Below, piece by piece: positions 8,862 to 18,661 of a DNA stretch of 64,000 nt (the stretch's first letter is position 1; each line of letters starts with the position of its first letter). Source of the stretch: an uncultured Candidatus Saccharibacteria bacterium (lineage in GTDB: Bacteria > Patescibacteriota > Minisyncoccia > CAIUEV01 > JAHKAQ01); assembly GCA_964598205.1 (NCBI GenBank), contig CAZRBB010000003.1, forward strand, positions 115,186 through 179,185, read 5' to 3'. Below the pieces are notes generated by a model. It worked only from the letters and a program-made list of their open reading frames with translations. It was not told the origin of the DNA and did not search any database. The position numbers and the translations under genes were made by a program.

Positions 8862-10100
8862 ATGTTTAACACAGGTTACAGAACAGGTACTGATAGTCGT
8901 CGTTCATCTTCTCGCCCGGGGTCTTCTTTTAGAGGAGCCAGAACAGGTTCTTCTTTTAGGGGCGGCGGTCGTTCTCGCTTTGGTCGGGCCAGAAAGGCGC
9001 CACGGTTTTTTGATCCGTCTCTTTTAACTCGCAAGGCTCAGGTTACAAAATCTGAGATATATGTTCCTAAGCATGTATTTGCCGATTTTGATTTGGCGCC
9101 AGAATTAAAAAAGAACATTGAACACAAAGGATACGAAAAACCAACGCCAATTCAGGATCAAGTAATTCCGCTTTTAATTCAAGGTAAAGATGTGATTGGC
9201 TTGGCCAACACTGGTACCGGAAAAACGGTGGCTTTTTTACTGCCATTGATCAACAAAGTTTTAAATAATAGAAATCAAAAATCATTAATTATTGCTCCAA
9301 CCAGAGAACTGGCCGTGCAAATAGACGAAGAATTGCGGTCTTTGGTGCACAATCTGCGGATTTATTCCACGGTTTGTATTGGTGGAGTTTCTTTGGGTAG
9401 GCAAATGAGCGAACTTAGAAGAGGTCCTAATTTTACCATTGGTACCCCGGGAAGATTAAAGGATTTAGCCCAAAGACGAGCGATTAATTTTAAAGAATAC
9501 CGATCAATCGTATTAGACGAAGTGGACCGAATGTTAGACATGGGATTTTTGCCAGAAATGCAAAAAATTGTTGAAAGCTTGGCTTTTCCTAGGCAATCGC
9601 TGTTTTTTTCGGCAACCTTGCCAGAAAAAACAAAAGTAATTACCAAGGATTTCCTAAAGGATCCGGTTTTTGTTTCGGTAGGAACTAAAGTGGCGGCGGA
9701 AAATGTGGATCAAGATGTAGTGCGGGTTCGTGGAGCGGTCAAGATTGACTTGCTTCATGATCTACTTTTAAAGGAAGGTTTTGACAAAGTGCTTATTTTT
9801 GGCCGGACCAAATGGGGAATAGAAAAGCTAACCGAGGATCTTTCCGTAAGAGGATTCAAGGTATCTTCTATTCATGGAAATAAAAATCAGAGTCAACGGC
9901 AAAGAGCTTTGGCACAATTCAAAGAAGGTAGAATTCAAGCGCTTTTGGCTACAGATATTGCTTCTAGAGGCTTGGATATTAGCGATGTGACTCATGTGAT
10001 TAACTATGAATTGCCAGAATCTTACGAAGATTATATTCATCGAATTGGAAGAACTGGTCGGATTGGTAAAAAAGGAACGGCACTTTCTTTTATAGATTAA
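8862..10100 (+). CDS. DEAD-box ATP-dependent RNA helicase with an N-terminal Arg/Gly/Ser-rich tail
   Basis: Q-motif, ANTGTGKT, DEVD, SAT, HRIGRTGR. Confidence 0.9.
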   Translation: MFNTGYRTGTDSRRSSSRPGSSFRGARTGSSFRGGGRSRFGRARKAPRFFDPSLLTRKAQVTKSEIYVPKHVFADFDLAPELKKNIEHKGYEKPTPIQDQVIPLLIQGKDVIGLANTGTGKTVAFLLPLINKVLNNRNQKSLIIAPTRELAVQIDEELRSLVHNLRIYSTVCIGGVSLGRQMSELRRGPNFTIGTPGRLKDLAQRRAINFKEYRSIVLDEVDRMLDMGFLPEMQKIVESLAFPRQSLFFSATLPEKTKVITKDFLKDPVFVSVGTKVAAENVDQDVVRVRGAVKIDLLHDLLLKEGFDKVLIFGRTKWGIEKLTEDLSVRGFKVSSIHGNKNQSQRQRALAQFKEGRIQALLATDIASRGLDISDVTHVINYELPESYEDYIHRIGRTGRIGKKGTALSFID

Positions 10101-10150
10101 TTGGCAAAAATTAGCTGTGATTGGGTTTAAATTTTTCTTATTGATTTCTA

Positions 10151-10178
10151 AACCGCTCCTTTGGGAGCGGTTTTTTTA
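10151..10178 (+). terminator. Rho-independent terminator after the helicase gene
   Basis: accgctcc-tttg-ggagcggt + TTTTTTT. Confidence 0.7.
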
Positions 10179-10246
10179 TTAAACAATTTGTTTGACTAGG
10201 CGAGGCCGGTTTGTTAGCTTAGAAGGAGAATTTTTTAACTCTTTTT

Positions 10247-11653
10247 ATGAAGCTAGACATTGCCGAGCTTAATTGTAAGATTGGGGAGAAAATTATTTTT
10301 TTAGGTTGGGCGGAAAGGATTAGAAGCCATAAGAATGTGGCTTTTATTGACTTAAGAGATCGTTCGGGAGTGGTTCAGGCAGTGGTAACTGGTGGAGAAA
10401 AGCTGGATTTTTTAAACAAGGAAATAAAAACAGAAAGTCTTTTAAAGATAGAGGGATTAGTCAAAGAGCGGCCAGAAAAGTTGGTGAATCCTAAATTGGT
10501 TACGGGAGGAATAGAGGTGGATGTAGAAAAGTTAGAAATTTTATCTAGCACTCTCGATCTACCATTTGTAATCAATGAGGACACCAAGGAGGTTTCAGAG
10601 GCTTTGCGCTTAAAATATCGTTATCTAGATTTACGATCAGAACGAATGCGGCGCAATTTAGAATTTAGACATAAGTTTAATCTTTTTTTAAGAAACTATT
10701 TTTCTAGGGAAGGTTTTTGGGAAATAGAGACACCTTTTTTGGCCAAGGGAACGCCAGAAGGATCACGGGAGTATATTGTTCCTTCTCGTTTGCATCAGGG
10801 AGAATTTTTCGTTTTGCCTCAGTCGCCGCAGCAGTTTAAACAGCTGTTAATGGTGGGAGGAGTAGAGAAATATTTTCAGATTGTTCGTTGTTTTAGGGAT
10901 GAAGACCAAAGAAGCGATCGTCAGCCAGAATTTACTCAATTGGATTACGAAATGTCTTTTGTGGAAGAAGAAGATGTGCTGGAATTTACAGAAAAAGTAG
11001 TTTTAGCTTTACTAAAAGAGTTAGTGCCAGAAAAAAATATTCTTAAAACGCCATTCCCGCGGTTAACTTATGCTGAGGCAATGGCTAAGTATAAAACCGA
11101 TAAGCCCGATCTTCGCTCCGATGGAGAAAAAGACATGCTGGCTTTTTGTTGGATAACGGATTTTCCTTTGTTCGAAGAAAGCGAAGAAGAAGGTAGGTTG
11201 GTTTCGGCGCACCATCCCTTTACAGCTCCAAAAGAAGAAGATGCAAAATTTTTAGAAAAAAATCCCGAAAAAGCGCGGGCCAAAGCTTATGATTTAGTGT
11301 TGAATGGTTATGAAGTGGGTGGAGGAAGTATTCGGATTTTTCAAAGAGAATTACAGGAAAAAATATTTAAGGTTTTAGGTCTTTCCGAAGAAGAAACAAA
11401 AGAACGCTTTGGCCATATGTTAGAAGCTTTTGAATTTTCTCCACCACCGCACGGAGGAATGGCTTGGGGACTGGATCGATTTATTGCCTTGTTGATGGGA
11501 GAGGAAAATATTAGAGAGGTAATTGCTTTTCCAAAAACTGGCGACGCTAAGGATTTATTAATGGGAAGTCCTTCACCGCTTCCAGAAAAGGCGTTGAGAG
11601 AGGCGGGAGTGGAACTGAGGAAGAAAAAATTAACTGGGAAATCTTCTCTTTGA
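10247..11653 (+). CDS. aspS: Aspartyl-tRNA synthetase, short archaeal/eukaryal-like type without the GAD insertion
   Basis: Class II motifs: FRDED...QPEFTQLD (motif 2) and GGGSIRIF (motif 3), plus an N-terminal OB-fold anticodon-binding domain. 468 aa. Confidence 0.8.
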   Translation: MKLDIAELNCKIGEKIIFLGWAERIRSHKNVAFIDLRDRSGVVQAVVTGGEKLDFLNKEIKTESLLKIEGLVKERPEKLVNPKLVTGGIEVDVEKLEILSSTLDLPFVINEDTKEVSEALRLKYRYLDLRSERMRRNLEFRHKFNLFLRNYFSREGFWEIETPFLAKGTPEGSREYIVPSRLHQGEFFVLPQSPQQFKQLLMVGGVEKYFQIVRCFRDEDQRSDRQPEFTQLDYEMSFVEEEDVLEFTEKVVLALLKELVPEKNILKTPFPRLTYAEAMAKYKTDKPDLRSDGEKDMLAFCWITDFPLFEESEEEGRLVSAHHPFTAPKEEDAKFLEKNPEKARAKAYDLVLNGYEVGGGSIRIFQRELQEKIFKVLGLSEEETKERFGHMLEAFEFSPPPHGGMAWGLDRFIALLMGEENIREVIAFPKTGDAKDLLMGSPSPLPEKALREAGVELRKKKLTGKSSL

Positions 11654-11659
11654 TTTTCT

Positions 11660-13414
11660 ATGAAGAAAAAGACAGTACAAATTAAAAAATCCTCTCCAAT
11701 TTTAGTAACGGCAGCGTTGCCTTATATTAATAATGTTCCCCATTTGGGGCATATTGCTGGTTCTCATTTGCCGGCGGATATTTTTACTCGTTATCTTCGG
11801 GCTACTGGCAAGGAAGTATATTTTGTAGGTGGTTCGGATGAGCATGGAACGCCTTCGGTAATCGCTGCTAAAGAATTGGGAGTTCCGGTACAGGTTTTGG
11901 CTGATCGATTGCACGCTATTCATAAAAAAGTTTACCAGAAATTGGGGATTAGTTATGACAATTACTCCCGGACTTCTTTAGCTAAACATCATTTAGTAAC
12001 ACAGGATTTTTTTAGGGAGATCAAGAAGAAATCTGAATTGATATTAGAAAAAGAAGCGGAAATGTATTACTGCGAAACGGATAAGATGTTTTTGCCGGAT
12101 CGTTTTGTGGTGGGGGTTTGCCCAAAGTGTGGCTATGATTCGGCGAATGCCGATCAATGCGAGGTTTGTAGCCAAGTGATTGCACCAGGAGAATTAATTT
12201 CTCCTTGTTGTAAGGTTTGTGGCTTGCCGCCAATAATGAAAAAAACTAAACATCTCTATCTTGATTTAGAAAAACTCTCTCTGTTATTGAATCGTTGGAT
12301 TGAAGGCAAAAAGAAAATATTTAGGCCATATGTTTATAGTTCGGCTAAAAAGTGGATTAACGAAGGGCTTAGAGCCCGATCTATTACTAGAGATCTTACC
12401 TGGGGAGTGAAGGTGCCCCAAGAAGGATTTTTAGATAAGGTTTTTTATGTTTGGTTTGATGCGCCGATTGGTTATTTAACTTTTACCAAAGAGATAAAAG
12501 AAGATTTAGAAAAAAGACTGTGGCAAGATAGAGAAGCGCGCATTTATCATTTTGTAGGGAAAGACAATATTCCTTTTCATACTATTTTTTGGCCAGCATT
12601 ACTTTTGGCGGAAGGCAAACATAATCTTCCTTATAATGTGATTGGACTGAATTATTTGAATTACGGTGGCAAGAAATTTTCTAAAAGCAAGGGGGTAGGA
12701 GTGTTTTGTTTGAACTTGCTTGATTCGCCTATTAACATTGATACTTTGCGAGCGTATTTGGCAACAGTGATTCCCGAAACCAAGGATTCTGATTTTAAAT
12801 GGGAAGAGTACCAAGAACATACCAACAGTGAGGTGATTGGAAAGTTGGGTAATTTTCTGAATAGAACTCTTTCCATGATAGATAATTATTTTGGCGGAAA
12901 GTTAGAAGCGGATTTGGGGGCTAAGAAAAGATTAACGGACCTAGATAAAAAAATTCTAAAAGAAATCAAAAATTCTTCTAAAAAGGTAGGCGGATATTTA
13001 GTAAAGGCAGAAATTCGGAAGGGATACAGGGCGGTAATGGATTTAGCACGGGCAGGGAATGTTTATTTTGATCGCTCCAAGCCGTGGGAATTAATGAAGT
13101 TAGGAAAAAGGGAAGAGGCAAAATTGGTATTGCGCTTGGCTTTCTTTTTGGCAAGATCACTGATGATTACGGCAACGCCTTTTATGCCGGAAGGAATGGC
13201 GGAAATTTGGCAAAAGCAGTTTGGCTTTTTGGGATCGCCGGGAGATTGTGGTCGGTGGGAGGAGGCAGGCGAAGTAGATTTTTCTGTGACTTACCGAACC
13301 AAAAAACCCAAGCCTTTTTATTCTAGAATAGAGGATAAAGATTTAGAGGAATTAGAAAAAGATTTGGGACAGAAGCCGGCTTTAAGAGAAATAGTAGGCT
13401 CAATTAAGAATTAG
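11660..13414 (+). CDS. metG: Methionyl-tRNA synthetase
   Basis: HIGH-type motif PHLGHIAG, KMSKS as KFSKSKG, and zinc knuckle CPKCGY...CEVC. Confidence 0.9.
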   Translation: MKKKTVQIKKSSPILVTAALPYINNVPHLGHIAGSHLPADIFTRYLRATGKEVYFVGGSDEHGTPSVIAAKELGVPVQVLADRLHAIHKKVYQKLGISYDNYSRTSLAKHHLVTQDFFREIKKKSELILEKEAEMYYCETDKMFLPDRFVVGVCPKCGYDSANADQCEVCSQVIAPGELISPCCKVCGLPPIMKKTKHLYLDLEKLSLLLNRWIEGKKKIFRPYVYSSAKKWINEGLRARSITRDLTWGVKVPQEGFLDKVFYVWFDAPIGYLTFTKEIKEDLEKRLWQDREARIYHFVGKDNIPFHTIFWPALLLAEGKHNLPYNVIGLNYLNYGGKKFSKSKGVGVFCLNLLDSPINIDTLRAYLATVIPETKDSDFKWEEYQEHTNSEVIGKLGNFLNRTLSMIDNYFGGKLEADLGAKKRLTDLDKKILKEIKNSSKKVGGYLVKAEIRKGYRAVMDLARAGNVYFDRSKPWELMKLGKREEAKLVLRLAFFLARSLMITATPFMPEGMAEIWQKQFGFLGSPGDCGRWEEAGEVDFSVTYRTKKPKPFYSRIEDKDLEELEKDLGQKPALREIVGSIKN

Positions 13415-13486
13415 TAATTCAGTATTGTTCGGTTTGTAATCGAGTTTGAGGGAGGGGGCACCTTAAAAAAACAGGAGGATCGCCTA

Positions 13487-13837
13487 ATGAGAAAGAAAAA
13501 TGGTGGAAATGGAAGGAATGGAAAGGGAAGTGGCGGTGGAATATCGTTGATTCGTTGCCTAGTTTGCTTGGATATCCATGGTTGTTCTTCTGAAAAATGG
13601 GGAGTTTGCTTTTGTGGGCTACTGTGCCGGCGTCGTCGTCGCTGTTTAATCCCATGGAGAAAAGATCTTATTTTTGTTTATCAAACTTGTATTCTATGTG
13701 CCGTTAAAAGTCAGATTCTTTTTAAAGGAACCAGTTTTTTAAACCCATTGGACGAACTCTTTCAATTATTGCCACCGGACTTTTCGGAAATTGTACCGGT
13801 AGAAATTGAAGCGGCGAAATTAAAAGAGTGCTGTTGA
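13487..13837 (+). CDS. Small Cys-rich protein (116 aa, 13 Cys, Gly-rich N-terminus); hypothetical
   Basis: Complete ORF with a strong SD aggagg 8 nt upstream, inside a GC-rich islet. The competing antisense ORF has no SD. Confidence 0.35.
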   Translation: MRKKNGGNGRNGKGSGGGISLIRCLVCLDIHGCSSEKWGVCFCGLLCRRRRRCLIPWRKDLIFVYQTCILCAVKSQILFKGTSFLNPLDELFQLLPPDFSEIVPVEIEAAKLKECC

Positions 13838-13904
13838 TTTTGGTGGAAGCGAAGTTTTTTGTTGAATCAGACCTTTTGTTGATCAATACGAGGGAGGTGA
13901 TTCG

Positions 13905-13973
13905 ATGAGCAAAGGGATGAAAAAATGGTTGAAATCTAAATGGTGGAGACAGGCAAAGAAAAGAAAATGTTAA
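13905..13973 (+). CDS. Candidate 22-aa cationic Trp/Lys-rich peptide MSKGMKKWLKSKWWRQAKKRKC
   Basis: Perfect SD gagggaggtga 4-5 nt upstream of the ATG. No homology claimed. Confidence 0.3.
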   Translation: MSKGMKKWLKSKWWRQAKKRKC

Positions 13974-14077
13974 TAATAAACGGAACGGCTCAAAATGAGC
14001 GCAAGACGGCCATCAATTGGAGAAGATGGTCGTTTTAATTTTGTTTTGATTTCTGTCTTTAATTATTTTGGCGGAAA

Positions 14078-14125
14078 TTGAAAAGAGACCCAAGGAAGCA
14101 AATTATAAGCTTTCTGGGGTCTCTT
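14078..14125 (-). terminator. Rho-independent terminator for the minus-strand secreted-protein gene
   Basis: 9-bp stem aagagaccc/gggtctctt, followed on the minus strand by TTTT. Confidence 0.55.
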
Positions 14126-14141
14126 GTTGGGGGTTATTGGG

Positions 14142-15281
14142 TTAGTTGCCGATACACTGGCAATTTAAAAATTTCCACTCTACCGTTTCCCAGCTATAAG
14201 CGCCATTTCTGCTGGGAATAGGAACGGTTCTGGCGTGGACTTCGGCGCTGTGTCCGGAGCAAGGAGTGGGCGTGGTGTTGTAATAAATCACTTTTGCCTC
14301 CCACTTCATTCTGCCTTGGTTCCATTGCAAGGAACCGGAGACATCGCAATTCCCCTTGGTACTATCATTTTTCTGCTGGAAAATAGGGGTTAGCCCATTG
14401 TTGCAGCCGTCCAAGACACTCCAATATTGGGTGTTCCGGATTTCCAGTTCTGCTCCCGGAGTGCCTGGTATCCCCAATTCCCAGAAATATCCAAAAATCG
14501 GGTGCGTTGGACATGGTTCTGGTGCGCCATTGTAAGTCAAGATCAAGCGCAGCCAGCCCCAATGGGAGGTGTAGACCAATGATCCCGAAATGTATTCGTT
14601 GCTTTCGGTGCTTACCGGACATTGAAGCATGGCCGGATAATTTTCGCATCCGGTAATGCATTCAAATTTTTTCCACTCCACTGTCTCCCAGGCAGAAGTG
14701 CCAGGGCGATTTGGGATGCGGATGTTTTGGGAGTGTTTCCCAGCCGGATGAATCTCGCAGGGTGGCGGTGCCCCATTGTAAGAGATAGCTTTCGCTTCCC
14801 ATTTTTGAGTACCCGCATTCCACTGCAAGGAACCGGAAACATCGCAGCCACTTTTCTGGGAATCATTTTGGGCTTCAATAATTACTTGGAGCCCGTTGGT
14901 GTATGTTCCGCAATTGGTACTTTCATCACAGGTGAATCTTTTCCACCGTGTGGTTTCTCCTATTTCCGTCCCTGGTCCAGGAGGAAGATTCTGTAAATAT
15001 ATCCAGGCCTCATGTTCCGGGCAAGGGACTGGCGTTTGATAGTACAGGAGAAGCCCGGCAATCCATTTTTCTCCTGACCACCAAAAGCCTGCGTCCATTT
15101 GGCAACTGTTCCAGCTGCCATCCGTTACTCCTGTATGAACTTCGGGGTAGGTAGCGGTGGTGGAATTTATTGTTTTGGCGGTCGTATTGGCCGCGGCCAT
15201 GTTAGTGTTTAAAAAACTTGCTCCAATCAAAAAAACGATCAGGGCGACTAATACGGTGAAACCGGCTGTTCTTTTTTCCAT
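14142..15281 (-). CDS. Secreted Cys/Trp-rich protein with internal tandem ~60-90 aa repeats; function unknown
   Basis: N-terminal signal/TM segment. Repeats of type CDVSGSLQWN.G..KWEAK.I.YN..P.PC..H......IP.R.G..WETVEWK.F.C, containing (QxW)-like motifs. Coding sequence is ~50% GC versus ~35% for the flanks. Confidence 0.7.
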   Translation of the reverse strand: MEKRTAGFTVLVALIVFLIGASFLNTNMAAANTTAKTINSTTATYPEVHTGVTDGSWNSCQMDAGFWWSGEKWIAGLLLYYQTPVPCPEHEAWIYLQNLPPGPGTEIGETTRWKRFTCDESTNCGTYTNGLQVIIEAQNDSQKSGCDVSGSLQWNAGTQKWEAKAISYNGAPPPCEIHPAGKHSQNIRIPNRPGTSAWETVEWKKFECITGCENYPAMLQCPVSTESNEYISGSLVYTSHWGWLRLILTYNGAPEPCPTHPIFGYFWELGIPGTPGAELEIRNTQYWSVLDGCNNGLTPIFQQKNDSTKGNCDVSGSLQWNQGRMKWEAKVIYYNTTPTPCSGHSAEVHARTVPIPSRNGAYSWETVEWKFLNCQCIGN

Positions 15282-15459
15282 GGGTCTCTCCTTGTCTCTT
15301 CTTGGTTGTGGTTTGGTGCATCAAAAAATATCCGTGAACATTCTAGATATTGGTAAGGGGCTGAGAACTCGGTATTTAATAACAAAAAAGCGATTATGTC
15401 AAGCTAAGCTGCCGATTTTCACAGGCATTTTCCGATTTTTGGGTGTTTGTTTTTTGATT

Positions 15460-17133
15460 TTAGAACAATCCGGTAATTTCTCCGTTTTTATCTAAATCTA
15501 TTTTTTCGGCCGCAGGAATGGCAGGGAGTCCGGGCATAGTCATGATTTCTCCGGCCAAAGCTACAATAAAGCCAGCACCGCTAGAGATTCTTAACTCTTT
15601 AATGGTTAAATCAAAATCGGTGGGTGCTCCTAGGAGAGTGGGGTTGCCGGAAAAAGAATATTGATTTTTAGCAATACAAACCGGAAGCTCTCCCAGTCCC
15701 TGAGCCTCTATCTTTGCTAGTTGTTTTTGAGCTTTTTCTTCCAAAACTACTTTTTGGGCGTGGTATATTTTTTGGCCAATGGCTTCTATTTTTTGGGGAA
15801 TGCTCATTTTTAGAGAGTAGGAAAAATTTAGCCGGGGATCGGGATTATTTTTAATGGATTGAAGTGCTTTTTGAGCCAAATCCAATCCACCTGCACCACC
15901 AAGTTCCCAAACGCGACTTTCGGCAAACTCAGCGGTTAATTTTTGGCAGGTTCGGGCAATCAAATTTATTTCCTGGGGTCTATCGTTTTGAAAACGATTT
16001 ACTGTTACTACTACTGGTAAGCCAAAACTTTGAAGATTTTCTAAGTGTTGTTTAAGATTGGCAATTCCTTTTTCTAATCCCGCTTGATCTTCTTTCCCAA
16101 CATCTTCTAAGAGAACGCCACCATTGTATTTCAGCGAACGAACAGTGGTCACAATAACTACTAGGCTTGGTTTTAATTTAGCCAAGCGACATTTAATATT
16201 TAAAAACTTCTCTGCTCCCAAGTCGGCACCAAAGCCGGCTTCTGTAACCAAATAATCGCCAAGCTTTAAGCCATAACGGGTGGCTAGAACACTATTGCAA
16301 CCGTGAGCAATATTGGCGAATGGTCCTCCATGAATAATGGCAGGGGTATTTTCCAGGGTTTGAACTAGGTTGGGTTTTAGGGCGTCTTTTAACAGAACGG
16401 CTAGCGGACCTTCGGCCTTAAGGCTTTCGGCATAAACTGGTTCATTGTTGTAGGTGTAAGCAATACAGATTTTCTTAAGGCGTTTTTTAAGATCGGCTAA
16501 ATTTTCTGACAAACAAAGAATGGCCATGATTTCTGAGGCCACTGTAATGTTAAAGCCGTCTTCTCGTGGCATTCCCTGGAGCTTGCCACCAAGGCCGATG
16601 ATTACTTGCCGTAAGGCGCGATCGTTCAGATCTACTGCTCGCTTCCAAAGAATTTGGCGAGGATCAATGTTTAATTTGTTGCCAAAAAACAGATGGTTGT
16701 CTATTAAGGTGGCTAGCAGATTGTTGGCAGTAGTAATGGCGTGCAGGTCGCCGGTAAAGTGAAGGTTAATATCTTCCATTGGGGCGACTTGGGAGAAGCC
16801 ACCACCACAGGCGCCACCTTTAATGCCAAAACAGGGACCCAATGAAGGTTCGCGGATGGCTAGAACAGTCTTTTTTCCTAAACGATTTAGGGCCATAGCT
16901 AGGCCAATAGAAGTAGTGGTCTTGCCTTCTCCTAGAGGAGTAGGGCTGGTAGCGGTAACCAAAATTAATTTGCCATCTGGTTTATTTTTGATTCTTTCCC
17001 AAAGCTTGGGACTGAGCTTGGCTTTATCTTCCCCATAGAGTGTTAATTCTTGGGCTTTGATTCCCAATTTTTCGGCAATTGTTTTTATGGGAAGGAGTTT
17101 AGATTTACGAGCGATTTCTAGGTCAGATTTCAT
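15460..17133 (-). CDS. fhs: Formate--tetrahydrofolate ligase
   Basis: TPLGEGKTTT P-loop and full-length FTHFS-like sequence (557 aa). Confidence 0.9.
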   Translation of the reverse strand: MKSDLEIARKSKLLPIKTIAEKLGIKAQELTLYGEDKAKLSPKLWERIKNKPDGKLILVTATSPTPLGEGKTTTSIGLAMALNRLGKKTVLAIREPSLGPCFGIKGGACGGGFSQVAPMEDINLHFTGDLHAITTANNLLATLIDNHLFFGNKLNIDPRQILWKRAVDLNDRALRQVIIGLGGKLQGMPREDGFNITVASEIMAILCLSENLADLKKRLKKICIAYTYNNEPVYAESLKAEGPLAVLLKDALKPNLVQTLENTPAIIHGGPFANIAHGCNSVLATRYGLKLGDYLVTEAGFGADLGAEKFLNIKCRLAKLKPSLVVIVTTVRSLKYNGGVLLEDVGKEDQAGLEKGIANLKQHLENLQSFGLPVVVTVNRFQNDRPQEINLIARTCQKLTAEFAESRVWELGGAGGLDLAQKALQSIKNNPDPRLNFSYSLKMSIPQKIEAIGQKIYHAQKVVLEEKAQKQLAKIEAQGLGELPVCIAKNQYSFSGNPTLLGAPTDFDLTIKELRISSGAGFIVALAGEIMTMPGLPAIPAAEKIDLDKNGEITGLF

Positions 17134-17168
17134 TGGTAGAATTATGACTTATATACCGGGTATTGATT

Positions 17169-18572
17169 TTAGTAGCGATAGTTTTCTGGTTTATAAGGAC
17201 CGCTAACTTCTACGCCTAAGTATTGAGCCTGGCTTTTGGTAAGTTTGGTTAATTTAACTCCAAGACTGGCTAGGTGATAGCGGGCAACGGTTTCGTCTAA
17301 TTTTTTTGGTAGCAGATAAACTCCTGGTGAATAATTTTTTTGCCAAAGTTCTATTTGTGCCAGTACTTGATTGGAAAAGGAAGAAGACATAACAAATGAA
17401 GGGTGGCCGGTGGCACAACCTAAATTAACTAAACGGCCTTCGGCTAAGAGAAGAATAAAACGACCGTCTGGAAAAATGTATTTGTCTACTTGAGGTTTAA
17501 TGTTTATTTTTTTGATTTTTTTATCGGCGTTTAATTTGGCGACTTCTATTTCGTTATCAAAGTGGCCAATATTACAAACAATAGTACCAGATTTCATGCG
17601 GGTTAGGTGTTGATAGGTAATTACCGCTTGATTGCCGGTGGCGGTGACAAAGATATCGGCTTCCTTTAGTATTTCTTCTACTGTTTTAACCGGATAGCCT
17701 TCCATGGCTGCTTGTAGGGCGTTGATGGGGTCAATTTCTGTAATAATTACTTTAGCTCCTAAGCCACGCATTGATTGAGCACAGCCTTTACCAACATCAC
17801 CATAACCGCAGATTACAACGGTCTTTCCGGCGATCATAATATCTGTGGCTCTTTTAATGCCGTCGGCCAAAGACTCCCTACAACCGTAAATGTTGTCGAA
17901 TTTAGACTTGGTAACTGAATCGTTAACATTGATGGCAGGGAAAAGCAGTTTTCCTTCTTTTTCTAGTTGATAAAGGCGATGAACACCAGTGGTGGTTTCT
18001 TCGGAAACTCCTTTAATTTGAGAAGTTATTTTTTGAAAGTATTCTTTGTCTTTTTGGTAAGTGGATTTTAAAAGTTTAAAGAATTCTTGAGTGTCGGCCG
18101 GTTCTTTTGAATAATCTTTTTTAAGTAGTGCTGGATTTTTAGTAATAGCCATTCCCTGATGAACAAAGAGAGTGGCGTCGCCGCCGTCGTCCACGATTAA
18201 ATTTGGTCCTTGGCCATTACCAAAATCAAAAGATTGTTTAAGGCACCACCAATATTCGGCGAGGGTTTCTTCTTTCCAGGCAAAAACAGGAATTCCGGCT
18301 TGGGCAATAGCGGCGGCAGCATGGTCTTGAGTGGAAAAAATGTTACAGGAGCTCCAGCGAATGACGGCACCAAGGGCAACTAAGGTTTCTATAAGGACGG
18401 CGGTTTGAATAGTCATGTGGAGCGAGCCGGTAATTCGGGAACCTAAAAGAGGTTTCTTTTTTTGATACTCGGCGCGAATGGCAATTAATCCTGGCATTTC
18501 TTTCTCTGCTAATTCAATTTCTTTTCTACCCCATTCGGCTAATTTTAGATCTTTAACTTTATATTTTTCCAT
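17169..18572 (-). CDS. ahcY: Adenosylhomocysteinase
   Basis: NAD-binding [10 protein letters not shown] and conserved SAHH core (467 aa). Confidence 0.9.
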   Translation of the reverse strand: MEKYKVKDLKLAEWGRKEIELAEKEMPGLIAIRAEYQKKKPLLGSRITGSLHMTIQTAVLIETLVALGAVIRWSSCNIFSTQDHAAAAIAQAGIPVFAWKEETLAEYWWCLKQSFDFGNGQGPNLIVDDGGDATLFVHQGMAITKNPALLKKDYSKEPADTQEFFKLLKSTYQKDKEYFQKITSQIKGVSEETTTGVHRLYQLEKEGKLLFPAINVNDSVTKSKFDNIYGCRESLADGIKRATDIMIAGKTVVICGYGDVGKGCAQSMRGLGAKVIITEIDPINALQAAMEGYPVKTVEEILKEADIFVTATGNQAVITYQHLTRMKSGTIVCNIGHFDNEIEVAKLNADKKIKKINIKPQVDKYIFPDGRFILLLAEGRLVNLGCATGHPSFVMSSSFSNQVLAQIELWQKNYSPGVYLLPKKLDETVARYHLASLGVKLTKLTKSQAQYLGVEVSGPYKPENYRY

Positions 18573-18661
18573 GGTGGTTTTTAAAAATTAAATGATGGGC
18601 ACTTGAGTCTGTTATTTTATTGCAAAATCAAGGGGTAGGCAATTATTGAACGGTAAGGTAA

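Noticed and set aside
13419-13655. Minus-strand 78-aa ORF antisense to the Cys-rich ORF
   Set aside because: It has no SD and a His/Phe-rich low-complexity translation. The plus-strand ORF has a strong SD.
15157-15495. 112-aa plus-strand ORF
   Set aside because: It overlaps the N-terminal coding region of the well-supported minus-strand secreted-protein gene and the fhs 3' end, and no motif was seen.
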